From positions 3,649 to 67,648 of the forward strand of contig DUVA01000129.1 in the NCBI GenBank assembly GCA_012841305.1: a stretch of 64,000 nt of DNA, read 5' to 3'. Positions 20,738 through 30,279 of the stretch are shown one piece after another; positions within the stretch are counted from its first letter, which is position 1, and every line of letters begins with the position of its first letter. Source of the stretch: Bacillota bacterium (GTDB lineage Bacteria; Bacillota; SHA-98; UBA4971). The position numbers and the translations under genes were made by a program. The notes below the pieces were generated by a model that was not told the origin of the DNA, searched no databases, and worked only from the letters and a program-made list of their open reading frames with translations.

Positions 20738-21997
20738 CTATCGACATACGCCTCGAAGTTTCATGGCTTCAGCCACTCTCAAAATGGCCAGGTTATACGC
20801 AGCTGCCCTTAAATTGGTGCCTTTCTCTTTGGCTGTGCCGAGGACTGAAGCGAAACTGTCTGTCATTATTCGCTCAAGACGTTCCGCGACTTCCTCTTCA
20901 GTCCAATAAAAATTCATAAGGTTCTGCACCCATTCAAAGTAAGACACGGTAACTCCTCCGGCATTCGCCAGTACATCAGGGATTACCATAACGCCTTTGT
21001 CAGACAGTATTTCGTCAGCCTCCGGTGTAGTCGGGCCGTTTGCGCCTTCAGCGATCATTCTCGCCTTTACCTTCCCTGCATTAGCCTTTGTGATCTGGTT
21101 CTCAATAGCTGCAGGCACCAGAACGTCGCAGTCGAGTTCGATAAGTTCCGCGTTGGACAGACTGTCAGTGCCGGGTGTTCCTTCAACTGATCCTGTCTCT
21201 CTTAGTTGAGTTGTCATTGCTGCCGGGTCAAGGCCGGCTTCACAAAAGACCCCGCCCATTACATCTGTTACTCCTACTATCTTGCATCCATACCCGTTGA
21301 GTATGGACACGACGTTGGAGCCTACGTTGCCATAGCCTTGTACTGCGATCCTAAGACTGTTCAGAGGGAGCCCTAATTCCTTTGCAGCTTCTCTGATGCA
21401 GATTACCAGGCCTCTGGCAGTAGCTTGAGCCCGGCCCAGTGAACCTCCGAGGGGAATTGGTTTTCCTGTGACAATACCAGGCACAAATCGACCTTTCTGA
21501 GTGCTGTATGTATCCATCATCCAAGCCATAACCTGGGGATTAGTAAACACGTCAGGACCCGGAATATCAGTGGCAGGACCAATTACATCGCTTATCTCAG
21601 TTGTAAAACGCCGGGTCAGCCTTTCTATCTCCCCTTGAGACATTTCCAGAGGATTACATGTGACTCCTCCCTTGGCGCCGCCAAAAGGAAGTCCCACTAC
21701 GGCACATTTCCAAGTCATCCACATGGAAAGGGCTTTTACCTCTTCGAAGGTGACATCAGGATGATAGCGAATCCCACCTTTGCCCGGCCCTCTTGCAGTA
21801 TTGTGGATTACCCGGTAACCTTTAAAGACTTTGACAGTCCCGTCATCCATCTTGACTGGGAATGCCACTTCCACGGCGAATCTGGGATGTCGAAGCATCT
21901 CGCGTATACCCGGATCGATATCCAATTTGTCCGCTACAGCATCATATTGGCGCAAGGCAACGTCGTACGCGCTTTCTTGACATGCGTTTTCCTTCAC
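20738..21997 (-). CDS. gdhA: NAD(P)-dependent glutamate dehydrogenase
   Basis: It has the GDH motifs GGAKGG, VQGYGNVGS and TGKP...GGS, and is 419 aa. Confidence 0.9.
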   Translation of the reverse strand: MKENACQESAYDVALRQYDAVADKLDIDPGIREMLRHPRFAVEVAFPVKMDDGTVKVFKGYRVIHNTARGPGKGGIRYHPDVTFEEVKALSMWMTWKCAVVGLPFGGAKGGVTCNPLEMSQGEIERLTRRFTTEISDVIGPATDIPGPDVFTNPQVMAWMMDTYSTQKGRFVPGIVTGKPIPLGGSLGRAQATARGLVICIREAAKELGLPLNSLRIAVQGYGNVGSNVVSILNGYGCKIVGVTDVMGGVFCEAGLDPAAMTTQLRETGSVEGTPGTDSLSNAELIELDCDVLVPAAIENQITKANAGKVKARMIAEGANGPTTPEADEILSDKGVMVIPDVLANAGGVTVSYFEWVQNLMNFYWTEEEVAERLERIMTDSFASVLGTAKEKGTNLRAAAYNLAILRVAEAMKLRGVCR

Positions 21998-22077
21998 CGT
22001 TTTCCCCCCTCCCTACCCAAAAGTCTTTATGTACCCTCCAATCGATATTATTTCTCCATAGTTCTCACATTTCCTTC

Positions 22078-23418
22078 CTAGTGGGAAGATACAATCTCTC
22101 CTACTAGGTCATAATCGCTCGCATCAGTGATCCTCACAAACCTGAACTCACCTGGTTCAGGATGTGCGTTTCCGATATAGACCAAACCGTCAATTTCCGG
22201 TGCTTCAGCCTGGGAACGTCCGATCGTGACTAATTCGCTCTCTTCCGCCCTCCCTTCAATTAGCACCTTCATGATTTGTCCTATCTTTGATGCGTTCTTC
22301 TCTCTGGAAATCATTCTTTGAACTTCCATTGCCTCTTGCCTCCGCCGCTCTTTTACGCTTTGCTTGACACGGCCGGAGAAGCGCGACGCAGGCGTCCCGG
22401 ATTGAGGTGAATACGTGAATACACCGACTCTGTCAAGGCGAGCTTCCTCCAGAAAATCCAAAAGGCTCTGGAATTTGGCTTCTGTCTCGCCAGGGAAACC
22501 TACAATGAATGTACTCCTTATCGTTATGTCCGGCACAGCCTGTCTGAGTCTGTCAATTGTCTGCCTGGCATCTTCATGCCTTCCGTGACGGTTCATGAGC
22601 TTCAGCAACTCGTCATCTACATGTTGAAGAGGCAGATCCACGTACTTACATACTTTAGGCTCTCTGGCTATTACCCTAATCAATTCATCAGTCACTCTTG
22701 TTGGATACATGTAGAGAACCCGTACCCATTCAACTTCGTCTATCCGACACACTTCCTGCAGTAACTTGTCAAGGGCGTACTTCCCGTAAAGATCCTGTCC
22801 ATATCTTGTTGTATCCTGAGCTATAAGAATCAGTTCTCTTGCTCCGTCTTGCGCCAACTTCCTGGCTTCCTCCACTATTGAAGCAATGGGACGTGAACGA
22901 AACTTTCCGCGGACAAAAGGAATAACGCAGTATGAGCAACGGTTGCTACATCCTTCCGCTATCTTGATGTATGCTGTGTGTCGGGGGGTTGAGATACGTC
23001 TGGGGAAAGTCTCATCGTAAATGAAGCAAGGTTGTCTACTGACGAGATTAACTCGTTTACCATCCATGGTGTCCTTAACGACTTCGACTATCCGAGCAAA
23101 ATCGCCTGTACCTACCACTGCATCAATCTCCGGTATTTCCCGAAGGAGATCTTCGGGGAATCTTTGAGCCAGGCAGCCGGTAACCACTAACTTACGGCAC
23201 GGATCTTTCTTTTTCAGCTCTGCAAGGCCAAGTATGGTATCTATTGCTTCTTCCTGAGCCTCATCTATAAAAGCACAGGTATTAACAAGCAAAACATCTG
23301 CTTTGTTCAAGTTGACAACCGGCTCGAATCCTGCCTCTGAAAGGAGGCCTATCATGACTTCAGAGTCTACCAAGTTCTTTGCGCATCCTAATGATACTAA
23401 TGCTACACTGGTTCTCAC
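22078..23418 (-). CDS. rimO: Ribosomal protein S12 methylthiotransferase RimO (MiaB-family radical SAM, TRAM C-terminus)
   Basis: The N-terminal MTTase domain (VSLGCAKNLVDSE), radical SAM CxxxCxxC (CSNRCSYC) and a C-terminal TRAM domain are all present. The start is GTG. Confidence 0.75.
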   Translation of the reverse strand: MRTSVALVSLGCAKNLVDSEVMIGLLSEAGFEPVVNLNKADVLLVNTCAFIDEAQEEAIDTILGLAELKKKDPCRKLVVTGCLAQRFPEDLLREIPEIDAVVGTGDFARIVEVVKDTMDGKRVNLVSRQPCFIYDETFPRRISTPRHTAYIKIAEGCSNRCSYCVIPFVRGKFRSRPIASIVEEARKLAQDGARELILIAQDTTRYGQDLYGKYALDKLLQEVCRIDEVEWVRVLYMYPTRVTDELIRVIAREPKVCKYVDLPLQHVDDELLKLMNRHGRHEDARQTIDRLRQAVPDITIRSTFIVGFPGETEAKFQSLLDFLEEARLDRVGVFTYSPQSGTPASRFSGRVKQSVKERRRQEAMEVQRMISREKNASKIGQIMKVLIEGRAEESELVTIGRSQAEAPEIDGLVYIGNAHPEPGEFRFVRITDASDYDLVGEIVSSH

Positions 23419-23489
23419 TTGCTATCACAACTTCTCCTTATCCTGCACTGTTAGTAAATATAGGTTACGTCACTATGTTGTCTGGTACA

Positions 23490-24371
23490 CTAACGATGAA
23501 ATACTCGAAGTCCACCGGGAATTATTGAGAATTCCATGGAGTCAGCCTCGAACACCTCACCGTCCATATGAAGGGGCATCCTGGCAGAAAGCTGAATGCG
23601 AACTGACTTTCCTCGCATAAGCCTGGCTTTAGGGTCATTTACATGTGTCCCTCTAAGCGCTTTCGGAAGTTTACTAAGAATTTCCATGCTACCGACGGCT
23701 TCAACAGTGCACACGTCATATAGTCCGTCATCAGGAATTGCATCGGGAACAATAGGTATCCCTCCGCCATAAGTCTTTCCGATGCCTACAGCTATAAGTA
23801 GAGGGTGAAGGTTCATTACTGCCTCATCGTCTATAGTTATGTATGCCTCGCAGCCTTTGTATTGTCGCAATGTCCTAAACAACGCCAGGATGTAGAGGGG
23901 AATTCCTCTCATTGGGAAGTTTCTAAGGGATTGGCTGGCGGTTTTAGCTACAGCTGCGTCGAACCCAATACCGACTGAGTTCGCAAAGTACCTGTCGATG
24001 ACCCTGCCAAGGTCCCGCTTTCTAGTGTTTCCTCTGAGTATTACCTCACAGGCTTGATCTATATTCCTGGGTATCTCCATGCTCATAGCAAGATCATTGC
24101 CGCTGCCACATGGGACTACTCCCAGAATTACTTCATGCCCGGCAATGCCGTTTACCACTTCGTTGGCGGTTCCGTCGCCTCCCGCGGAAATGACAGCGTC
24201 ATATCCTTGTTGAACTGCACGTTTCGCTTCATTTGTGGCATCCCCCGGCCCTTCAGTAAGATACATATCAAATTCTATTTCACTTGCTGAGAATAGACGG
24301 TGGATGACAGGAATGGCTCTCTCCGCCTTACCCCGACCTGCATTGGGATTTACGATGATCTTAGCGCGCAA
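23490..24371 (-). CDS. Diacylglycerol-kinase-family lipid kinase (YegS/BmrU/DagK-like)
   Basis: It carries the DAGK catalytic-domain motifs (AGGDGTANEV, VPCGSGNDLA). Confidence 0.8.
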   Translation of the reverse strand: MRAKIIVNPNAGRGKAERAIPVIHRLFSASEIEFDMYLTEGPGDATNEAKRAVQQGYDAVISAGGDGTANEVVNGIAGHEVILGVVPCGSGNDLAMSMEIPRNIDQACEVILRGNTRKRDLGRVIDRYFANSVGIGFDAAVAKTASQSLRNFPMRGIPLYILALFRTLRQYKGCEAYITIDDEAVMNLHPLLIAVGIGKTYGGGIPIVPDAIPDDGLYDVCTVEAVGSMEILSKLPKALRGTHVNDPKARLMRGKSVRIQLSARMPLHMDGEVFEADSMEFSIIPGGLRVFHR

Positions 24372-24416
24372 TTTGACTTGTGCCTCCTATTGGATCTTTG
24401 GACAAAGCTGCAAATG

Positions 24417-25142
24417 TCATAGTTTCCGTATTCCATCTGATAACACGAATTCGACAAACTCGTTAAAGTCGCTGCGTAAATCTGGGGTATGTTGATTTGC
24501 CCCACTGTCAAGCAAGAAATCTTCTACAAGATAAGTCTTTAGTCCAAGGACTCCTGCTACGATATCCTCATCCATGTTGTTTCCTACCATCAGACATTCT
24601 TCAGGTTTGTGTCTAACGATCTCCAGAGTCTCTTCATAATACTTGAGGTTTGGTTTGCAGAAGTGCATTGTCTCATAGCAGGTAATTAGCTTATATGGGA
24701 AGCCTTGAATTCCACCCCATCTCATCCGCTCCAAAATAGCCTCAACCGGAAAGACTGCATTTGTGGCAATAACCACATCATAGCCTTCTTGAAACAGAGA
24801 CTCCAGCATTGCGCTGGCTTTGGGATGAGGTTGAACCCCGAGGGCATCCTTAAGCTTAGTAAATTCGTTTGCGTAGAAATCTCCGAATACAGGAACAAGG
24901 ATATCTTCCGGTACAGTGACTCTTTGAAAAAAATCCTCGAAAAAGACTTGACTGTTTGACCGTGAAGGGTCTCCGTTTATTATCATGGCTTCAGTTGACG
25001 CAACAAGCGCTTCAGCAAACTGCAGAGGTTCCACTAACGGGGCTACTGCCTTCGTAATGGCTTTGAAGTACTCCTTCAAGAAATCGTCGTATTCAAAGTG
25101 AACCAGTGTTCCATCAAGGTCAAAAAGAACGCAACGAATCAC
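24417..25142 (-). CDS. HAD-superfamily hydrolase
   Basis: It has the motif I DLDGTL and the C-terminal GNNMDEDI motif. Confidence 0.7.
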   Translation of the reverse strand: MIRCVLFDLDGTLVHFEYDDFLKEYFKAITKAVAPLVEPLQFAEALVASTEAMIINGDPSRSNSQVFFEDFFQRVTVPEDILVPVFGDFYANEFTKLKDALGVQPHPKASAMLESLFQEGYDVVIATNAVFPVEAILERMRWGGIQGFPYKLITCYETMHFCKPNLKYYEETLEIVRHKPEECLMVGNNMDEDIVAGVLGLKTYLVEDFLLDSGANQHTPDLRSDFNEFVEFVLSDGIRKL

Positions 25143-25177
25143 CTTACCACCGCCTAATAGGGTTATGAAAGAATCAG

Positions 25178-26044
25178 TTACGGCCTGGCCAGTCGTGAAT
25201 ATTCTGAGACTTCCTTCTTAAAGAGCTTGGCCAGATGCCGCGTGAGCTCGCCTGGTTCCCCATTCCCTATAGGCTGTCTGTCAACAGCAACTACAGGCAT
25301 GACTTCTATGGACGTATTAGTTACGAATACTTCATCCGCTGACATCAGGACTTCAGGACTATAGAAGTCTTCAACGACGGTAATACCGTCTCGACGTGCC
25401 AGATCACAGACTACTGCTCTGGTTATTCCTGAGAGTATCCAGTTCCCTTCAGGCGCTGTATGTAACTTGCCGGATCTTACGGCAAATACGTTAGAAGTCG
25501 TACCCTCTGTTACACGGCGGTCATCTCTTACCAAGATTGCCTCAAATGCCTCCGCGCGTGTTGCTTTGTCTTTCGCAAGCACATTCGGTAGAAGACAGAG
25601 GCTCTTGATATCGCATCTTAACCAACGCTCATCGCGGGTTGTAATTGCTGATACTCCGTTTTCATATAGGTTTTCCGGGATAGGCCGTGCTCTACGAACA
25701 GTTAATACCAGTGTAGGTTTGATGTTGTCCGGAAAATCATGCTTCCTGGGTGCGTATCCCCGGGTAATCTGCAAATAGACCAAGGAGTCTTGCCAACCAC
25801 ATCGCCGGACGGCTTCATATATGAGTCCTTCCAGCTCTTGTCGACTACCTGGTAAAGAAAGGGACAGCATGCTCAGGCTTCTTTCCAAGCGGTCCAAATG
25901 GGCCTCGCGGGCGAAAGGTATACCACCATAAGCCTTTATTACCTCATATACTCCGTCACTGAACTGAAAACCCCTGTCTTCCACTGATACTTTGGCTTGC
26001 TCAATCGGCATGAAAACCCCGTCAAGATATGCAATGCCTTCCAA
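25178..26044 (-). CDS. Class IV (fold-type IV) PLP aminotransferase. It is either a branched-chain or a D-amino-acid aminotransferase.
   Basis: It is 288 aa. The motif EGTTSNVFAV and the surrounding fold-IV pattern are present. Confidence 0.75.
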   Translation of the reverse strand: MEGIAYLDGVFMPIEQAKVSVEDRGFQFSDGVYEVIKAYGGIPFAREAHLDRLERSLSMLSLSLPGSRQELEGLIYEAVRRCGWQDSLVYLQITRGYAPRKHDFPDNIKPTLVLTVRRARPIPENLYENGVSAITTRDERWLRCDIKSLCLLPNVLAKDKATRAEAFEAILVRDDRRVTEGTTSNVFAVRSGKLHTAPEGNWILSGITRAVVCDLARRDGITVVEDFYSPEVLMSADEVFVTNTSIEVMPVVAVDRQPIGNGEPGELTRHLAKLFKKEVSEYSRLARP

Positions 26045-26128
26045 TGTTATTCCCCGCCTTCCGCATCTTTCGCAAGAAACTCATAGAACGCAAGAAAATG
26101 AAAACACTATTCACGGAGGATTGGTAAG

Positions 26129-26443
26129 ATGGACTTAACGGACACAGACAATCACGAGACACTGGCACGAGCTCTATTCTCAATAGCAGTTGAACGCTGG
26201 CATCCCTCCATTGTCAATTATGAGCTGGCAGAAATTGACTGCATCCTCTCATCATACTCTATTCTGGGGAGAGCGCTTTCTGATTCGGGAATACCGGCTT
26301 CTGAAAAACGGGAAATCATCACTGACGTATTTGGAAGCATTCTTTCCCCAATCTCCCTGGGTTTACTTGACCTCTTAGTTGAGGAAAACAGAATTCATAT
26401 GGTAAAGGATATTTCTAAGTCATATAGACATCTTCTGAAATAG
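26129..26443 (+). CDS. Hypothetical 104-aa protein
   Basis: It has a good GGAGGA RBS 9 nt before ATG. I recognise no motif. It is the only plus-strand ORF with an RBS in this region. Confidence 0.4.
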   Translation: MDLTDTDNHETLARALFSIAVERWHPSIVNYELAEIDCILSSYSILGRALSDSGIPASEKREIITDVFGSILSPISLGLLDLLVEENRIHMVKDISKSYRHLLK

Positions 26444-26472
26444 TGCCTTTCCTTCATGGATGTTAATACTCC

Positions 26473-27528
26473 CTACTTGTGAGTAATCCTACCTGTTTCT
26501 TTCAAGTAGTCAAAAAAAGTCTCTGCATCAGCGAATACCTTTGTGCAATGAAACTTAAGGAATGGACTGACTCGCTCCTTAAACACGGCATGCACTTCCT
26601 TGTTATTCGTGGAACCATATATGATCTCGCAGAGCACGCCCGGAGACGTCTTGTCAGTAGGGTAATACACAACGACTATGTCGCTCTGGTCAATGAGCAT
26701 ATAGTCACGGACAACAGTCTGATCTTCTACCTTGGCTTTCTCAGTATCAGTAAGGCTGAAATCCTTACTGAGCTTGGATAAATAATACTCTTCTTCGGCG
26801 TCTCCGGAACCTACTGTCCCATAGGTCAGCTCAGTATCTTCTACAGCCAGAGGATCAAAGACCTCAAAGTATTCTCTCAGTTTATCCCGAAACTCCCTGA
26901 CCTCTTTCATTTTCTGTGTATCATCAATCATCAGGGTTATCGGGAAACTCAGATAGACTTTTGTCATGTCAGGCTTGAACATAAGGTTGTATATGGTTGT
27001 GGCAGGTTGCTCTATAGCGACTACATAGTGCGGCTTTCGCTGGAAAGATGCCATCATCTTCGTGACAAATATCTCTTCATCACGCCATATCAAGATATCT
27101 TTCAGCGTTAGGCGCCCTTTCCATGCGGGGGATTCGTGAAGCCTTCTTGATACGTTCAGTACACTGTCGATTACTGTCACATAGAGATCCGGTTGGAGTT
27201 CATTCAAGTAATGAACGTCAAATGCAGGCATAAGATAATTCTTCCAGCGAAAACACCCGTGTGTGCTTATGATGCAGTGTTCCACTTTCTCGGTCTCTTT
27301 AAGAATCTCTTCAAATACCGCTGCGCGCAATGCTCTAAGACTTGAAGGAGCGAGGTCAAGGATTTTTTCGGGACTTGTGGGGCACTCAAGTTCCTCTGCC
27401 TTCTTGAACATTAGATCCCCGATATTGTAGAGATGGATCTTTACGCCGAGACGTTCAGCTTCATCCACTACTCGCTTAAGGTAGTCCAGTTTTCCGGAAC
27501 CGCTTGTGCCGGTACATATGACTTTCAT
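26473..27528 (-). CDS. Uncharacterised two-domain protein. The N-terminus is P-loop kinase-like, and the C-terminus is nucleoside 2-deoxyribosyltransferase/LOG/SLOG-like.
   Basis: The N-terminus is MKVICTGTSGSGKLDYLKRV (a Walker-A-like GxxGSGK, but followed by L rather than S/T). The C-terminus is DIVVVYYPTDKTSPGVLCEIIYGSTNNKEVHAVF, resembling the NDT/YtoQ/LOG S-x-G-x-x-x-E-x-x-x-G signature. Confidence 0.45.
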   Translation of the reverse strand: MKVICTGTSGSGKLDYLKRVVDEAERLGVKIHLYNIGDLMFKKAEELECPTSPEKILDLAPSSLRALRAAVFEEILKETEKVEHCIISTHGCFRWKNYLMPAFDVHYLNELQPDLYVTVIDSVLNVSRRLHESPAWKGRLTLKDILIWRDEEIFVTKMMASFQRKPHYVVAIEQPATTIYNLMFKPDMTKVYLSFPITLMIDDTQKMKEVREFRDKLREYFEVFDPLAVEDTELTYGTVGSGDAEEEYYLSKLSKDFSLTDTEKAKVEDQTVVRDYMLIDQSDIVVVYYPTDKTSPGVLCEIIYGSTNNKEVHAVFKERVSPFLKFHCTKVFADAETFFDYLKETGRITHK

Positions 27529-27564
27529 AGGTTATTCCTCCTCATGATGACATCGTGCTCAGGC

Positions 27565-28422
27565 CTAACCGGCTGAAAGCTTCTGCATGATCACTGCGGT
27601 AAGCTTGATGCCATCCACGAAATCGGCGGTATTTATGTTTTCATTGGAACTTGCCGCACGAGAGTCATTATTTGCGATGCTCAAACCTACTGCAGGTATA
27701 CCCAGTCGTGATATTGTCTGAACCACCGGGCTTATATTGTCGGAGTCACGTAATACTACGGGATTACGTTGATAGAAATCTGTTACTGCCTCACTGACTA
27801 CACGTGCTATGTCAGATTCAGAACCATCGCCTGTGAGGCGTGGGCTGTCTGTTAAGGTCAGCTCAAGTCTGCCCTCATCATCTCGACTCCCTGCCGTGTA
27901 AATACATGTATCTGCACGAAACATGTCCGGACGGTGAGAAGCTACTCGCAGCAGGGTGGGACTGCCAATTCCAGCTTCTCCTTCTACAATGAACTTCACT
28001 GTTAGGGTAGGCGCCTCTCTGATCTTGATGAAAGCCTCAACTGCCTTCATCCTTGCCACAAGATCGCCTTTGCCATCTGCTGCGCCTCTCGCATAGATTT
28101 TGCCTGCATCGATTATAGCATTGAACGGTTGATAATCCCATTCACTAAGAGGTCCGGGTGACCTGACATCGTAGTAGTTATAGAAGAGAAGAGTTTTGTC
28201 GGCATCACCTGAGACCTTCGCATACAGAATGGGGGCTCGCCCTCGCTTGGGTTGGATTACTTCTACATTGCAGGAAATCCCTTGTAGAAGGTCTTTTACC
28301 ATAGCAGCTGTCTCTTTGAGAGCTTCATTATCAGCAGAGACCGACGGCTTCCTGAGTAATGCCTGTAGTTCCCGAACATATATCGCGCTGGACTTATCTA
28401 TGAAGTCAAATACCTTCTCCAT
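27565..28422 (-). CDS. M20 (ArgE/DapE)-family peptidase homolog. It is truncated at 285 aa, and its predicted metal/catalytic residues are substituted.
   Basis: It aligns to DapE as follows: LLFYNYYDVRS versus GHTDVVP (His to Tyr); RGAADGKG is retained; EGEAG versus SDEEG; the C-terminal RAASSNENI versus GNAHSPNE (His to Ser). It lacks about 100 aa of the dimerisation/lid domain, and there is no room for missing fragments in the flanking DNA. Confidence 0.5.
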   Translation of the reverse strand: MEKVFDFIDKSSAIYVRELQALLRKPSVSADNEALKETAAMVKDLLQGISCNVEVIQPKRGRAPILYAKVSGDADKTLLFYNYYDVRSPGPLSEWDYQPFNAIIDAGKIYARGAADGKGDLVARMKAVEAFIKIREAPTLTVKFIVEGEAGIGSPTLLRVASHRPDMFRADTCIYTAGSRDDEGRLELTLTDSPRLTGDGSESDIARVVSEAVTDFYQRNPVVLRDSDNISPVVQTISRLGIPAVGLSIANNDSRAASSNENINTADFVDGIKLTAVIMQKLSAG

Positions 28423-28464
28423 CTACATCGTCTTGTTGTCTTTTCGTCCGGACCGTCATGATTT

Positions 28465-30243
28465 CTAAGACTTGGATGATCTTGCCTTAGATGTCAGGAT
28501 CAGTGCTGCCTCAGACAGGCCGGCCAATACCGGTGATAGTATTCCCGCAACTGTCAGTTGAATGAGATACATAAAACACCTAAAACCCTTATGAATGTCA
28601 GGGAGATAGAAAGCGTAAGCAGAACCTTCAGTCACAACAAAGACGGCAATATGAGCAAAAAGGGCAAGGGCCACGAAGCAGAAACCTATGAGACCTATAA
28701 AGAACCCTTGTCCACCTTTGCCATGGTCTTTCCTTCCTGAGACAACCCATCCGATGATAACAGCAGTCAATGTCGCACATGCTATTGAATCTGCAATCCG
28801 GCTGTGATAGAAGCCGGTGAACTCCGAGAGACTCAAGATAGCGCTTGACGAAAGCAGGGTTCCTTTTATGAACATCAACCCATAGTAGGCAGTGAAATAG
28901 CAGAACACTCCAATTACGGCAGCGGCAACATCCTTTATGTCTCCCTGTAGAAACATTGTCGTGATGAATATTAGTAATACGGCAATAACGGCAAGAATCG
29001 GAATTGATATAAGTCTCGAAGCGCTTACCAGGCCTGATCTGGCCTTTCTCATGACAGAAATAATGTCTTCGTCAATGCTGAGAGCAGTCAGAGAGGCGCT
29101 TCTGTAATCTCCGTCGTTGTGTAGGAGGAACGCATCGAAAAGTGACCAATCCTCAATGGCCGGCCTGCTCAGGGTATTCATGTACTCAAGGGCAAATCTA
29201 GCTCTTGCAGCGGTTTGTCTGATAGTTATCTCTGACAGTGTATGATCCGGCAAGTCCAGCACGCCATACATGACTTCACCTTGCGAGTGGGTAGGCATGG
29301 AAATGCCTAAGAGACTTGCGCATGTAGGAGCAATGTCCACCAAGCGCCCGGAAATCCACTGAATGGTTTCAGGAGGGTTTTCAGGTGTCATGATTCCCGC
29401 CCCTGCAGCCACCAATAACGCATCCCCGGTATTTTTGGAAAATCCAAATAAAGTGTCATGCGTTAAGTACGAACTGCCGGATACGAAAACTACTGTACCG
29501 GAACTAAGATCAACTGCTTCCGAGATATCGCGTAGTCTCATGTCGATACTCGCCGCAGTTTCTTCCCGTGTAATACGTTGTTGAACAGAGCCTGTTGAAG
29601 AATACGTAAAATCCCTTTCAGGAAGGAAACTTACGAGAATAAGCTGGGATTTTCCTTGTGTAATCTCGGTGATAGCGTCTTTGAGGATAGCGTTGTTTGT
29701 CTCAGTATTTGATACTTTGTCATCAGGCCCACGGTATGCGCCTTGTGTCACCGAATGCCCAAACAGGGGTTTCCATTTGTTATCTCCAATAATCACTGTA
29801 TTGAGGCCTGCTCTGTGAGCTGATGACCAAAGGCTGTCAATCATGACCCTGTCGCTGAACCAGTTAGTGATGACTCCGGATATCTCCGGCAGTGCACCTG
29901 TCATGAGGACAGTCGAAGCCGGTATATGAGCAAGTCCTCGGCTCCCCCGGAGAGACACTGCAACCCCGCGACCGGCAATGTCTTTTACGGTAAGCATGGC
30001 TTCAAAGTCTTGGGACTGAAGCCCGTCGACAATAACAAGGACGAGACGTTGGGCAAGTGGCTGAGACCTAAGGCCAGGCTCCACCTGAAAGGTGTAAGGA
30101 CTTTTGTACAAGAGAACACTTCGGACACTGGAGTCCAAAAGACACCACGAACCGAAACCAAGCAAGACTAAGACAATAGAAAGGGTTGCAGCAAGGGTTT
30201 TCTTGTCAGTTAATAAGCTGTCCAATTTCAGTTGCACTCTCAT
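28465..30243 (-). CDS. Alkaline-phosphatase-superfamily (type I phosphodiesterase / sulfatase-like) membrane protein. It has an N-terminal TM plus catalytic domain and a C-terminal polytopic region of about 6 TM.
   Basis: LVLVIVDGLQSQDF has the typical AP-superfamily metal-site context. The C-terminal 170 aa are strongly hydrophobic. Confidence 0.55.
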   Translation of the reverse strand: MRVQLKLDSLLTDKKTLAATLSIVLVLLGFGSWCLLDSSVRSVLLYKSPYTFQVEPGLRSQPLAQRLVLVIVDGLQSQDFEAMLTVKDIAGRGVAVSLRGSRGLAHIPASTVLMTGALPEISGVITNWFSDRVMIDSLWSSAHRAGLNTVIIGDNKWKPLFGHSVTQGAYRGPDDKVSNTETNNAILKDAITEITQGKSQLILVSFLPERDFTYSSTGSVQQRITREETAASIDMRLRDISEAVDLSSGTVVFVSGSSYLTHDTLFGFSKNTGDALLVAAGAGIMTPENPPETIQWISGRLVDIAPTCASLLGISMPTHSQGEVMYGVLDLPDHTLSEITIRQTAARARFALEYMNTLSRPAIEDWSLFDAFLLHNDGDYRSASLTALSIDEDIISVMRKARSGLVSASRLISIPILAVIAVLLIFITTMFLQGDIKDVAAAVIGVFCYFTAYYGLMFIKGTLLSSSAILSLSEFTGFYHSRIADSIACATLTAVIIGWVVSGRKDHGKGGQGFFIGLIGFCFVALALFAHIAVFVVTEGSAYAFYLPDIHKGFRCFMYLIQLTVAGILSPVLAGLSEAALILTSKARSSKS

Positions 30244-30279
30244 TACTCATTCGATTTCGACAAATGTCTGATATTCCCT

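Noticed and set aside
26473-27528. Calling the P-loop/NDT-like fusion a defence-system component (Thoeris/SLOG-type)
   Set aside because: The only support is the similarity of its domains to those of defence proteins. The window holds no SIR2/TIR, nuclease or other effector partner, and the neighbours look metabolic, so I rank it only as an uncharacterised nucleotide-processing candidate.
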